From: Paragordius varius
Lineage: Eukaryota > Animalia > Nematomorpha
Length of the DNA stretch: 64,000 nt
Assembly: GCA_964247055.1 (NCBI GenBank)
Contig: OZ176058.1
Location: 4,960,001 to 5,024,000, forward strand
Direction: 5' to 3'
Shown: piece by piece, positions 1-13,300 of the stretch
How positions within the stretch are numbered: position 1 is the first letter of the stretch
Layout: every line of letters starts with the position of its first letter
Made by a program: the position numbers and the translations under genes
The notes under the pieces: generated by a model
Told to the model about the DNA's origin: nothing
Databases searched by the model: none
The model's input: the letters and a program-made list of their open reading frames with translations, nothing else

Positions 1-99
1 TCACCTGAGATTTGCCATTATACACGCCATCTATTCAATCATTACTCTTTATATGTTGGGGTTAACTATTCAAAAACCTCTGAAACCAAATACACCCAG
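1..99 (+). CDS. RNF121: RNF121-like E3 ligase, coding exon a (cut off at its 5' end by the window edge)
   Basis: Frame from base 2 reads HLRFAIIHAIYSIITLYMLGLTIQKPLKPNTP(R), matching the RNF121 segment WRFL..W..FS..T....RATRKPL..TTPR. Donor AG|GTGTTT at 99/100 is phase 2 and joins exon b in frame. Confidence 0.85.
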
Positions 100-3000
100 G
101 TGTTTTTAAAAAAAATAATTTTTTGAACTTTTCAAAATTTTTAAATTTTTTTAAACTTTTTTTTGAAAAATTAAATAAATTTGAAAAAATTGAATAAATT
201 TGAAAAAATTGTTTAAAATCCAAAAAATGATAATATTATAATTTTGAAAAAATGTGTGTTAATACTGTTAAAATTGAAAAATTTACTTTAAAATATAGTA
301 AAATTTAAAAAAATCTAAAATTTGTGTTTAATTACTGTTAAAAATTGAATAAATAATATATTTTTTATTGAAATTTGAAAAATAATTTGCTTAAAATACT
401 GTAAAAATTGTAAAATATGAAAAAAATCTTTGTTTATATGTTGTGGGTAAGTGTTCAAAAACCCCTGAAACCTAATAAACCCAGGTTTTTAATTTAATTT
501 TGGGTTTTGAATTTTTTTTAATTTTTTTTAAAAAAAATGTAAAAAATAATAACAAATTTGTTTAAAATACGGTAAAAATTGAAAAAACTTGAAATACTGT
601 TAAAATTTAAAAAATTAGGTTTTTTATATTAAAATTAAACAAAATATGTTTAAATACAGTAAAATTTTTAAAATTTATATTAAAATTCTAAAAAAATGTG
701 TTTAAATACAGTAAAAATTGAAAAAATATAAAATAATATGTTTAAATACTGTTAAAATTAAAAAAATTTCAAAAATCTATTTTAAAATACAGTAAAAATT
801 GTAAGGTATGAAAAAATAAAAAATTATTCAATCATTACACTTTACATGTTGTGGGCAAGTCTTTAAAAACCCCTGAAACATAATACACCCAGGTTTTTAA
901 TTAAATTAATTTTTTGGTTTTTTTAACTTTTTTGAAACTTTTTGAATTTTTTTTTTGAAAAAAATAGTTTAAAATACTGTTAAAAATTGAACAAACTAAC
1001 AACAATAGTTTAAAATATAGTAAAATTAATAATATTTTAAGCTAGATTTTTAAAATGTAAAAAAATTCAAAAAACTGTTATAGTGTTAAAATTTATAAAT
1101 TATGTTTTTTATATTGAAATTAAACAAAATGTGTTAAAATAGTGTTTAAAAAACTAATTTTTTATATTATAATTTGAAAAAATTGGAAAAATTAACTTTA
1201 AAATACAGTAAAAATTATAAGATATAAAAAAATAAAAATTATTCAATTATTACACTTTACATGTTGGGGTTAACTATTCAGAAACCTCTTAAACCTAATA
1301 CACCCAGGTTTTTAATTAATTTTTTATTTTTTTTTAAACTTTTTGAAACTTTTTTCCAAAAAAATGCAAAAAAATGAAAAAAATAGAGTTATAACCGAAA
1401 AAATTATGTTTTTTATATTAAAATTTCAAAAATATTGAAAAAATTCCTTTATACAGTAAAATTTTTAAAATTTATATTAAAATTTCAAAAAAATATGTTT
1501 AAATGCTGTTAAAATTGAATTTTCTTTAAAATACAGTAAAAATTGAAAAAATTAAACAATAAAATATGTTTAAATACTGTTAAAACTGATAAAATTAATA
1601 TTTTTTAAATTAAAATTCAAAAAAAAAATGAAAAAATTTACTTTAAAATACAGTAAAAATTGAAAAAATATAATTATTATATTTTATATTAAAAAAAAAT
1701 TTACTTTAAAATACAGTAAAAATTCTAAGATATGAAAAAATAAAAATTTATTCAATCATTACACTTTACATGTTGGGGTTAACTATTCAAAAACCTCTGA
1801 AACCTAATATACCTAGGTTTTTTTCTAAGTTTTATAAATTTTTAGTTTTTTTAAAACTTTTTTGAACTTTTTTTAAAAAATGAAAAAAAAATGAAATCTA
1901 AAAAAATAGCTTGAACTGTTAAAATTTAAAAATTATGTATTTTATATTTAAATTCAAAAAAATGAAAAAATTTACTTTAAAATACAGTAAAAATTTTAAG
2001 ATATGAAAAAATAAAATTTCAATCATTACGCTTTACATGTTGTTGGTGAGTGTTTAAAAATCCTTAAAACCTAATATCAGGGTTTTTATGACTATAATTT
2101 TTTAATTTTTAGTTTTTTAAACTTTTTGAACTTTTTTGAAAAAAAATTAACTAAATTTCAAAAAAATAGTGTAATGTTTTTTATAAATTAAACAAAATAT
2201 GTTTAAATACTGTTAAAATTAAAAAAATTACCTTAAAATACAGTAAATGAAAAAATATTACAAAAATAGTGTAAAATACAATAATTAACGAAATTATTAT
2301 GTTTTTTATATTAAAATTGAAAAATTTACTTTAAAATACAGTAAAAATTGTAAGATATGAAAAAATAAAATATTTTAAAAAAAAAATTTAAAAAAAAGTG
2401 TTAAATACTGTTAAAACTGATAAAATTAATATTTTTTATATTAAAATTCAAAAAAAATGAGAAAATTTACTTTAAAATACAGTAAAAATTGTAAGGTATG
2501 AAAAAATAAAAATTATTCAATTATTACACTTTACATGTTGGGGTTAACTATTCAGAAACCTCTTAAACCTAATACACCCAGGTTTTATTATAAGTTTTTG
2601 TTTTTTTAACTTTTTTAAATATTTTTGACCTTTTTTCATAAAAAAAAAGTTTAAAATACGGTAAAAATTGAAAAAATTATGTTTCTTATATTAAAATTAA
2701 ACAAAAATGTGTTTATACTGTTAAAATTGATATAAATTTTTTATATTGAAAATTAAACAAAATGTGTTAAATACTGTTAAAATTGAAAAATTTATATATT
2801 TTTTATATTGAAAATTGAAAATATTCAAAAAATTAATATATTTTTTATATAAAAATGTAAAAAAATTGGAAAAATTCACTTTAAAATACAGTAAAAATTG
2901 TAAGATATGAAAAAATAAATAATTATTTATTCATTACACTTTACATGTTGGGAGTAACTATTTAAAAACCTCTGAAACCTAATACACCTAGGTTTTTAGT

Positions 3001-5290
3001 TAAATTTTATAAATTTTTAGTTTTTTTAAAACTTTTTTGCACTTTTTTTTAAAATACTGTTAAAATTTATAAAATTTAAAAAAAATTTGAAATATGGTAA
3101 AATTTGAATAAAATGTGTTTAAATACTGTTAAAATTGAAAAAATTTATATATTTTAAAAAATTTACTATAAAATACAGTAAAAATTGAAAAATATAAAAA
3201 AATCTGTTTAAATACTGTTAAAATTGGAAAATTAATATATTTTTTATATTGAAATTCGAAAAAATTGAATAATTTACTTTAAAATACAGTAAAAATTGTA
3301 AGATATAAAAAAATAAAAAATTTCTAATCATTACCATTTACATGTTGTGGGTGAGTGTTCAAAAACCCCTGAAACCTTATACACCCGGTGTTTTATGATT
3401 ATAAATTTCAGTTTTTTTGAACTTTTTAATTTTTTTTGGAAAAAATGTGAAAAAAATAGTTTAAAATACAGTAAAACTAAAAAATATGTTTTTTATATGA
3501 AAATTTCAAACAAATGTGTTAAATACTGTTAAAACTGAAAAATTTGAAAAATTTACTTTAACATAAGGGTATTAATTGAAAAAATTAAAAAAGAAGTGTT
3601 TAAATACTGTTAATGATAAAATTAATATTTTTTTATATTGAAATTCAAAAATTAGGAAAAAATTTAGTTTACACAGTAAAAATTGTAAGATATGAAAAAA
3701 TAAATATATTAAGTATTCAAAAACCTCTAAAACTTAATATACCCTTATGATTAGTTTAGTTTTTTTAAACTTTTTTAAATTTTTTGAACTCTTTCTGAAA
3801 AAAATTGAAAAAATAGTTTGAAATACAGTTAAAATTAAAAAATATGTAAAATATGTTTAAATACTGTTAAAATCAAAAAATTTAAACAATAAAATATATT
3901 GTAAAAAATTTACTTTAAAATACAGTAAAAATTGTAAGATATGAAAAAATAAAAATTTATTTATGCATTACACTTTATTTGTTGTGGGTAACTGTTTAAA
4001 AACCTCTGAAACCTAATACACCCAGTTAATTAAATTTATGAATTTTTAGTTTTTTTAAACCTTTTTTGAACTTTTTTTGAACTTTTTTGAAAAAAATAGT
4101 TTAAAATACAGTAAAAATTTAAAAAATCTATAAAAAAATAGTTTAAAATATATTAAAATTAATAATATTTTAAGCTAAACTTTTAAAATGTAAAAAATCT
4201 AAAAAAAATAGCTTGAAATACTGTTAAAATTTAAAAATTATGTTTTTTATATTAAAATTTAAAAAAAATGTGTTTAAATACTGTTAAAATGAAAAAATAT
4301 ATATTGTAAAATTGAAATTCAAAAAAATGAAAAAATTTAAGAAAAAGTGTTTAAATAGTGTTAAAATTGAAAAAAATTATATAGTAAAAATTGAAATTTA
4401 AATAAAAATTTACAAAATTCACTTTAAAATAGAGTAAAAATTGTAAGATATAAAAAAATGTGTTTAAATACTGTTAAAATTAAAAAATTTATATATTTTT
4501 TATATTGATTTAAAAATTGTAAAATTTACTTTAAAATAGAGTAAAAATTGTAAGATATGAAAACATAAAAATTTATTTAATCATTACACTTTACATGTTG
4601 GGGTTAACAAACCCCTGAAACCTAATACACCCAGGTTTTTAATTAAATTTTATAAATTTTTAGTTTTTTTATTTGAAAAAAATTAACTAAATTTCAAAAA
4701 AATAGGGTAAAATACAGTAATAAACGAAAAATTATGTTTTTTATATTAAAATTTTAAAAATATTGAAAAAATTTCTTTGAAATACAGTAAAATTTTTAAA
4801 ATTTATATTAAAATTTAAAAAAAAATGTGTTTAAATACTGTTAAAATTGAATTTTCTTCAAAATAGAGTAAAAATTGAAAAAATATACAAAAATATTTTA
4901 AATAGTGTAAAAATTGAAAAAATTAATATATTTTTTATAAGGAAATTTAAAAATATTCGAAAAATTTTCTTTAAAATACAGTAAAAATTGTAAGATATAA
5001 AAAAATTTAAATTTATTTGATTATTACACTTTACATGTTGGGATTAACTATTCAAAAACCTCTGAAACCTAATACACCCAGGTGTTTATTTTATTTTATA
5101 AATTTTTAGTTTTTGTAAAACTTTTTTGAACCTTTTTGAAAAAAAATACAGTAAAATTGAAAAAAATTAAATATTTTTTATGAAAAAATTGAAAAATTTA
5201 CCATAAAATACAGTAAAAATTGTAAAATATGAAAAACTTTATATCTTGTGGTTAAGTGTTCGAAAACCCCTGAGATAGGCCTATCTTATT
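100..5290 (+). repeat. Intronic tandem array derived from the 3' end of exon a plus its donor and intron start
   Basis: About 13 copies of a ~68-nt exon core (tattcaatcattacactttacatgttggggttaactattcaaaaacctctgaaacctaatacacccag) near 435, 825, 1240, 1750, 2019, 2514, 2924, 3325, 3712, 3962, 4576, 5014 and 5240, spaced ~270-620 bp. Spacers consist of aaatacagtaaaaattg / aaatactgttaaaattg subrepeats. Confidence 0.9.
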
Positions 5291-5459
5291 ATAATATTTT
5301 AGTTTTTTCGAACTTTTTTGAACTTTTTTTAAAACAATTGTAAAAAATTAAAAAAAATGTAAAAAATTAAAAAAAATTTCAAAAAAATATGTTTATACTG
5401 TTAAAATTGTAAAAATTATTATATTTCTTATATTGAAATTTGAAAAAATTGAAAAAATA

Positions 5460-7375
5460 TAATTTGTATTATCAAATTGAATGTGTAATTAAAATTTGAA
5501 ATATTTAAGGATAAATTTGAATAGTTTATGGGTGAATATATATATATATATATATATATTTAAGAATGAATAGATATGTTTAAGGGGTAAATTTGGAATA
5601 TTTTAAGGTTTAAAGTAAAAATTAAAATTATACTATGGACAAAACGTAAATTATAAAGACAAATATTTTTTCTAAAAAAATTTGATTATTTTGATTATAA
5701 CTTATTATTTAATATTGCAAAAAATGAAATAGAAATATATATCTTACTACTACAATCAATTATATTTTTTTAAATTGTAAGATAATTTATATAAGAAAAA
5801 TTAAGGTTTATAAAAGTATGGTTATCTTATAGATAAAAATATTTGTCTTTATATTTTTACGTTTTGTCCTTTCGTATAATTTCAGTTTTTACTGTAAATT
5901 TGAAATTTTTAAGGATAAATTTGAAATATTATAGGTTAAATTTGAAATGTTTAAGGTTAAATTGAAATATTGAAAATGTTCAAGGGTAAATTATATCAAT
6001 TTATAATGTGGTTTGTATAATAAAATTGCATAGTTTTAGGATATATTTGAAATATTTAAGCATAATTTTGAAATATTTTATGAATATGTGAAAATTAAGA
6101 ATGTATTTAGGATGTTTAAAAATTAATTTTTTTGAGGATAAATTTGAAATATTATAGGGTAAATTTGAAATTTTTAAGGGGGAATTTATAAAAGTATGAA
6201 ATGTTCAAGGGTGCGAATTATTTCAATTTTTACTGTAAATTTGAATTTTTTCAGGTTAAATGAAAATGTTCAAGGGTGCGAATATAAAAGTATTAAATGT
6301 TCAAGGGCGAATTATTTTTATTTTTACTGTAAATTTGAGATTTTTGAGGATAAATTTGAAATATTATAGTTCAAATTTGAAAAGTTTCAGGATAAATGAA
6401 AATGTTCAAGGGTGCGAATTATTTCAGTTTTTACTGTAAATTGAAATATTAAAAGGGATTATTTTAAAAATTTTTAAGGAATTTGAAATATTATAGGTTG
6501 AATTTGAATTTTTGAGGATAAATTTAAAATTTTAAGGGTGGATTATTTTAATTTTTACTGTAAATTTGAATTTTTTAAGGATAAATTCGAAATATTATAG
6601 TTTGATTTCGAAATGTTTCAGGATAAATTTTAAATTTTGAAATTGTTAAAGGGTGAATTATTTCAATTCTTACTGGAAATTTGAAATTTTTAAGGATAAT
6701 ATTGAAATTTTGAAATGTTTAAGGGGTAATTTATTAAAGTATGAAATGTTCAAGGGAGAATTATTTAAATTTTACTGTATTTTTACTTTATTTTCCTCTT
6801 ATAATGGTTTGTATAATAAAAATGGATTGTTTTAGGATATATTTGAAATATTTTTGAATATGAGATAATAATGAGTTTAGGATGTTTAAGGATGAATTTT
6901 TTATGATCATGAATTTTTTACGGATAAATTTGAAATATTAATAGTGAATTTGAAATGTTTAAGGGGGAATTTATAAGGGTGAATGATTTCAATTTTTACT
7001 GTAAATTTGAAATTTTTAAGGATGAATTTGAAATATTAAAAGGGATAAATTTAAAATTTTGATTTAAGGGTACGAATTAATTTAAATGTTTAAGGAATTT
7101 CCAAAATGTTTCAGGGTAAATTTGATTTATTATAGGATAAATTGAAAATTTATAGGATTTTGAAATGTTTAAGGATAAATTTGAAATATTATAGGTTGTC
7201 TTTTTGAAAAATAAATTCAAAATGTTAAAAATGTTCAAGGGTGCGAATTATTTTAATACTGTAAATTTGAATATTTCAGGATAAATTTATAAATTATAAG
7301 GATTAATTAAAATCTTGAAAATTTTAAAAGTGTGAATTATTTCAATTTTTATTTCAATTTTAACTTTATTATTCC
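5460..7375 (+). repeat. Degenerate acceptor-side array (MITE-end and 21-bp minisatellite chimera)
   Basis: Repeated ttcaatttttactgtaaatttgaa (MITE terminus plus flank) and aatgttcaagggtg(c)gaatt motifs. Faint copies of the exon b acceptor/start occur near 6000 and 6785 (actttattttcct...atggtttgt). Confidence 0.7.
5613..5894. mobile_element. TA-flanked Tc1/mariner-type MITE, family M1
   Basis: Long inverted ends (c/a)agtaaaaattgaaattata..ggacaaaacgtaa..tataaagacaaatatt and their reverse complement ending ttttactg|ta. Confidence 0.7.
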
Positions 7376-7380
7376 TTTAG

Positions 7381-7594
7381 AACAGTTTATACATGGTTTG
7401 TCATGATTTACAAACTGGCTTACAAGATTGGCTCGGTTGGATATTTTGGATTACTCCTTTGGTTTTTCGGTTTGAATGTTTTATTGGGATTTCCCTTCAT
7501 TTGGATTACATATTTTGTTCTCGCCCTCTTTTACGGACTTTATTTTGGGGTCTTAAATCGTGACATTGCTGAAATTTGCGTTAATCAATTACTA
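7381..7594 (+). CDS. RNF121: RNF121-like coding exon b (transmembrane helices)
   Basis: Acceptor ttcctttag|. Reads (R)TVYTWFVMIYKLAYKIGSVGYFGLLLWFFGLNVLLGFPFIWITYFVLALFYGLYFGVLNRDIAEICVNQLL, matching RNF121 VYKWFLLIYKISY..G.VGY...LFYGLYYGVLERDFAEMC. Phase-0 donor CTA|GTAAAT. Confidence 0.92.
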
Positions 7595-9289
7595 GTAAAT
7601 TCAAAAAGTCGAAAGATTTTTAAGGTTTTAAATTATTTTTTATGATTTTTTAGTTTTTTTTTCTATGAAATTCAAAATTTAAAATTTCTTTTTTATAGTA
7701 AAGACAACTATCTATTTTTGATTTAAAGATATATATATATATATATATAACATTTCCATTATGGGTTTAGATTTTGAAAGATATTTAGTTAGATTAATGA
7801 TTATTTTCATGATTTTCTAGTTATTTTTCTAAATGAATAATATAAATTTGAAATTCACTTGTTTTTTATAGTAAAGACAACTAACTATATTCTTAGATTT
7901 TGGCTTTTTCTATAAAAATTTGACCTTTTTTGTTCTCGCCCTATTTTACGGACTTTATTTTGCGGTCTTAAATCGTGACATTGCTGAAATTTGCGTTAAT
8001 CAATTGCTACTCAAAACAAAAAGTCGAAAGATTTTTAAGGTTTTAAATTATTTTTATGATTTTCTAGTTATTTTTTTATATGGATATCAAAATTTGATAT
8101 TAGACATGTCTAAAGTTAACTAACTATACTCCTTAAGATTTTGGTTTGTAAGACATAACTTTAAGGTTTTAAAAAATTTTTAAGGTTTTAAATTATTTTT
8201 TATGATTTTATAGTTATTTATATGAATGATTTAAAATTGTAATTAGACATATTTTTTATAGTTAAGACAACTAACTATATTGTTAAAATGTCGTTTTTTC
8301 TATAAAAATTTGACATTTTTTGTTCTCGCCCTATTTTACGGACTTTATTTTGAGGTTTTAAATCGTGACATTGCTGAAATTTGCGTTAATCAATTATTAC
8401 TGAAAACAAAAAGTCGAAAGATTTTTAAGGTTTTAAATTATTTTTTATGATTTTCTAGTTATTTTTCTAGATGAATGATTCAAAATTTGAAATTAGAGAC
8501 ATGTTTTTTTATAAATATTAACTAAATATTTTCCTTAAATTTTGGCTTTTTTAAGACATAACTTTGCATTATGGGTTTAGATTTTGAAAGATTTTTAGTT
8601 CGATTAATGATTTATGTTTTGAAAGATATTTAGTTATTTTTCTATATGAATGATTCAAAATTTGAAATTAGAGACATGTTTTTTTATAGTAAAGACAACT
8701 AACTATATTCTTAGAATTTTGGCTTTTTCTATAAAAATTTGACATTTTTTTGTTCTCGCCCTATTTTACGGACTTTATTTTGCGGTCTTAAATCGTGACA
8801 TTGCTGAAATTTGCGTTAATCAATTATTACTGAAAACAAAGGGTAGTCGAAAAATTTTAACAGTATGTATATGTTAATTTTGAGTTATTTTTCTATATGA
8901 ATGATTCAAAATTTAAATTAGAGACATGTTTTATATAGTATAGATAACTAACTATATTCTTAGAATTTTGGCTTTAAGACATAACTTTGCATTTTTAGGT
9001 TTGAAAGATTTTTACTTCGATTAATGTTTTTTTTTATGAATTTCTAGTTATATATCTATATGAATGAATCAAAAATTGAAATTAGAGACATGTTTTTTTA
9101 TATATTGAGAGAATTAACTATATTCTTAAAATTTAGTTTTTTCTATAAAAATTTACCTTTTTTGTTCTCGCCCTATTTTACGGACTTTATTTTGCGGTCT
9201 TGAATCGTGACATTGCTGAAATTTGCATTAATCAATTGCTACTCAAAACAAAGGGTAGTCGAAAGATTTTAACAGTATATATTAGATTT

Positions 9290-9980
9290 AGACATGTTTT
9301 TTTATAAATATTAACTAAATATTTTCCTTAAATTTTGGCTTTTTTAAGACATAACTTTGCATTATGGGTTTAGATTTTGAAAGATTTTTAGTTCGATTAA
9401 TGATTTATGTTTTGAAAGATATTTAGTTATTTTTCTATATGAATGATTCAAAATTTGAAATTAGAGACATGTTTTTTTATAGTAAAGACAACTAACTATA
9501 TTCTTAGAATTTCTTTCAAAATCTAAACCCATAATGCAAAGTTATGTCTTAAAAAAGCCAAAATTTAAGGAAAATATTTAGTTAATATTTATAAAAAAAC
9601 ATGTCTCTAATTTCAAATTTTGAATCATTCATCTAGAAAAATAACTAGAAAATCATAAAAAATAATTTAAAACCTTAAAAATCTTTCGACTTTTTGTTTT
9701 CAGTAATAATTGATTAACGCAAATTTCAGCAATGTCACGATTTAAAACCTCAAAATAAAGTCCGTAAAATAGGGCGAGAACAAAAAATGTCAAATTTTTA
9801 TAGAAAAAACGACATTTTAACAATATAGTTAGTTGTCTTAACTATAAAAAATATGTCTAATTACAATTTTAAATCATTCATATAAATAACTATAAAATCA
9901 TAAAAAATAATTTAAAACCTTAAAAATTTTTTAAAACCTTAAAGTTATGTCTTACAAACCAAAATCTTAAGGAGTATAGT
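9290..9980. repeat. Templated inserts next to the Gypsy element
   Basis: 9290-9512 is a direct copy of 8497-8719. 9513-9980 is the reverse complement of 8123-8590. Confidence 0.9.
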
Positions 9981-10031
9981 ATACGTTTAGAATAGAGACG
10001 ACATATGAATTAATAACTCAAATTAAGTACA

Positions 10032-10075
10032 TTTATTAACTGATAGCTCAGTGTTGGTATAGGTGTATTTATATA
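10032..10075 (-). promoter_or_regulatory. LTR promoter and polyA signals
   Basis: TATATAAA at 10075-10068, initiator-like TCAGTT about 30 nt downstream at 10043-10038, then AATAAA at 10037-10032. The same motifs are present in the 5' LTR. Confidence 0.55.
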
Positions 10076-10305
10076 TTTTAGCAAGGATAAATTACAATAA
10101 TAAATTAGAATACTATTTGTATCAAATACAATGTCATATAAAATATCCATATATATAATAGTCATTAGATTACTTATTAAATACAATGTCGTATAATTTA
10201 AGGTTATCAAGTTGGCAATTATAATTAGAATACTTGTACATACAATGTCATATAAATTATATAATAAAAAATAATAATATAACTTAAGGTTATAACCAAT
10301 TAACA

Positions 10306-13300
10306 TTATCTTCCCCCTATAGTAAAGCGGTCTGGGGGTTTTCGCTGGCGTTGTGGGTACCTGGGTTTAGGCATGTCTATATTCGTTGTTGGAGCTACGT
10401 TATTATCCTGTGTGGTTATGCCTATTGGCGATGGTTGTATATTATTGTTTATGGCTTCGAGATCTGGTGGAGTAGAGGTATATTCTTCGGAATTAATTGG
10501 TGTTTCGGGCGCTGGCGTGGTTGTTCTCGGACATTCCATTCTTTGTTTTAATTGATCAGCGTGTTTTCTAAGAACTCTGTCTGTTTCGTCTGTTACCATA
10601 TATGATAATGGACCCCGGCGTTCTAATATTTCCCCTGCCCTCCATCCTTTTTCTATTTCATTTTTTATAAAAACCTTCTCTCTTGGAACGAACTGGCGAG
10701 TCGGTTCTATTTCATTATCGATAAACTCAGTTGTTTGTGTTTTGAGCCATGACATCGGACCATTTGGGTGTCTCTTCAGAAAGACTTGTGATGGTGTATT
10801 CATAATGGCACTGTGTGTTGAGTTTCGATAGCCATATAAAATCGTGTTGATTGCCTCGTGGGCATGCATTGTTTGCGTTTTCGTAGCTCTATATCTGAAT
10901 TTGAGGGTTGCAATACATCTTTCAACCAATCCATTGGACTTGGGATGGTATGGACTCACTAAAATATGTTTTATATTAAGATTATGTAAGGTACTTCTAA
11001 ATTCATGGGATGTAAAGTATGGCCCATTATCAGTGACTATCTGTCTCGGAAAACCAAATCTGGCCATGTGTTTTTCTAAACAATTCAATAATTGTTGTGA
11101 GGTTATCGATTTGAGTAGATCCACCTCAACCCATCTTGAAGCGCTATCAATGGTAACTAACCAAAAATAACCATCTATGGGGCCGGCTATGTCGATGTGA
11201 ATTCTCTCCCACAACGCGGTGTTGAAATTCCATTTCCACGTTGGATTTTCCTTTATATTAGGCTTGTTTCTTTGACACGGTTCACATGTTTCTACAAAAT
11301 TTTCTAAATCTTTTTCTAAGTTTGGCCAATATATGGATTGTCTTGCTTGTTGTTTCATCGATTGCGCTCCGTTATGTCCAGTATGTAGGAATTTCATTAC
11401 GTCCCGCTGCAAAGATGTGGGTATTAGTAATCTGTCATTTACAAATAAAAGATTATAATATATTTGAATCTCATTTTTTACTTTCAGAAATTCCTTTATA
11501 CTTGGATCACTCCAATCATTTGTTCTTATTGCTGATTTAAGTTTGTTTGCCAATGGATCTAACCTTATCTCCTCCTCCACTAACTCTTTACTTAGATTAA
11601 ATTTATTCATAGTTAAAAATTTTACCGTGTGTGATACCTCATCATCTTCATTTTGCACCTCCATGGTATTATCATTATTTGGTAATCTGGATAGAGCGTC
11701 GGCTAAGTTGTTTTGCCCTTTTTTATATTCGATTTCATAGTCGTATCCCGATGTTTTATAGATCCATCTAAGAAGTTTAGCATTATTAATATTTTGTAAA
11801 TTTCGAGTTCGACCAAATAACCCGATTAGTGGTTTGTGGTCGGTTATAATTTTGAATTTTCTACCATATATAAATGGTTTAAATTTTTCTATAGCATACG
11901 TGATAGCTTTTGCTTCTTTCTCTATTGTTGAATAATTGGTTTCGGCATCGGTACATTTGCGTGAAGCGTATGATATGGGACGCTTTCCTTCCGGGGTAAT
12001 ATGTAGTAAGATCGCTCCAAATCCCTTGTTTGATGCGTCTGTTTCTATTAGTATTGGCCAATTTGGGTTATACGGTATTAATGTATTGTAATTTATCATT
12101 AGTTGTTTTGCGGATTGGAACTCCTCTTCTTCTATCTCGGTCCAGGCCCATGGTCTAATTGAACCTGTGTTTCTGTGGAGGTTGCATATCGCTTGATGGA
12201 GATTTGGTATGAATCGTTCATGAAAGTTTAGCAGTCCTAAAAATGATCTTAGTTCTGTCTTATTGGTGGGTCTCGGACAATTGATCAAAGCTTGAATTTT
12301 GTCATTGGTGCGACGAATTCCATTCTTTGAAATTTCATATCCCATGTAATTGACAGATGAAACGGCAAGTTGCAATTTGTCTCGGCTCAGTTTCAACCCT
12401 GCAGCTTCCAATCGTTGCAATACCCTGGTCAATGTGGCGTCATGTTCGGTTCTTGTTTTACCTGATATTAATATGTCATCTAAATAGATACATATACCTG
12501 GTATATCACCAATCAAATTATCCATGATTCGTTGAAATATATGAGGGGCCGTAGTCAACCCAAATGGAAGTCGTTGGTAACAATAAAAACCTTGATGGGT
12601 AGTTATGGTCAGTAGTGGTTGTGATGATTGTTTTATGGGAATTTGCAGGTAAGCATCCTTCAGGTCTAGTGACGTAAAAACTGTCCCTTGAGCTGTTCTT
12701 GAGATTAGTTCATCAAAGGTGGGGATTACATGAGAATCGGGTAGCAAATGAGGATTGAGGCTGATTCGAAAATCCGCACATATCCTTATTTGGCCATTTG
12801 GTTTTAATATATTTACTGTTGGTGTGGCCCACGATATTCGCTCCCTATTTGGGTCAATTTTTCTCAAGATACCTAGGTTTATCAATCTATCTAGTTCCTT
12901 TTCCACACGTTCTTGGAGGGGTAGGGGAACTCTCCTGCAGGGGTATATTTTGGGTGTTGCATTATTTTTTATCGCAATCGATACCTCCATATCCTTAAGA
13001 CAGCCTAACCCGTCCGAGAACAACCTATTATACTGGTTATATATAGATTTATTAGTTATATTATTGATCATCACATTATCTGGTAAATTTAAAGCAAATG
13101 CACGGATCCAAGGGAGACCAAAAATTAATGGCCGATCTCCCTCGGTTACAAAACATTCAAGGGTTTTTGTCATACCGTTCATTGTTACGCGCAATTCTGT
13201 TTTACCCATGGTTGGGATAGTTTCATTATTGTATGTGGATAGTCTTTGTCCTACCTCCAGTCGTGGTTGTCCTGTTGATTTCCAGCATCTCTCATTGATA

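Noticed and set aside
7920-8123. ORF resembling RNF121 as a separate gene or a mutually exclusive exon
   Set aside because: It is the first array copy of the exon b 3' third. It lacks the exon's 5' two-thirds and the GT donor, so a Dscam-like cassette is not supported.
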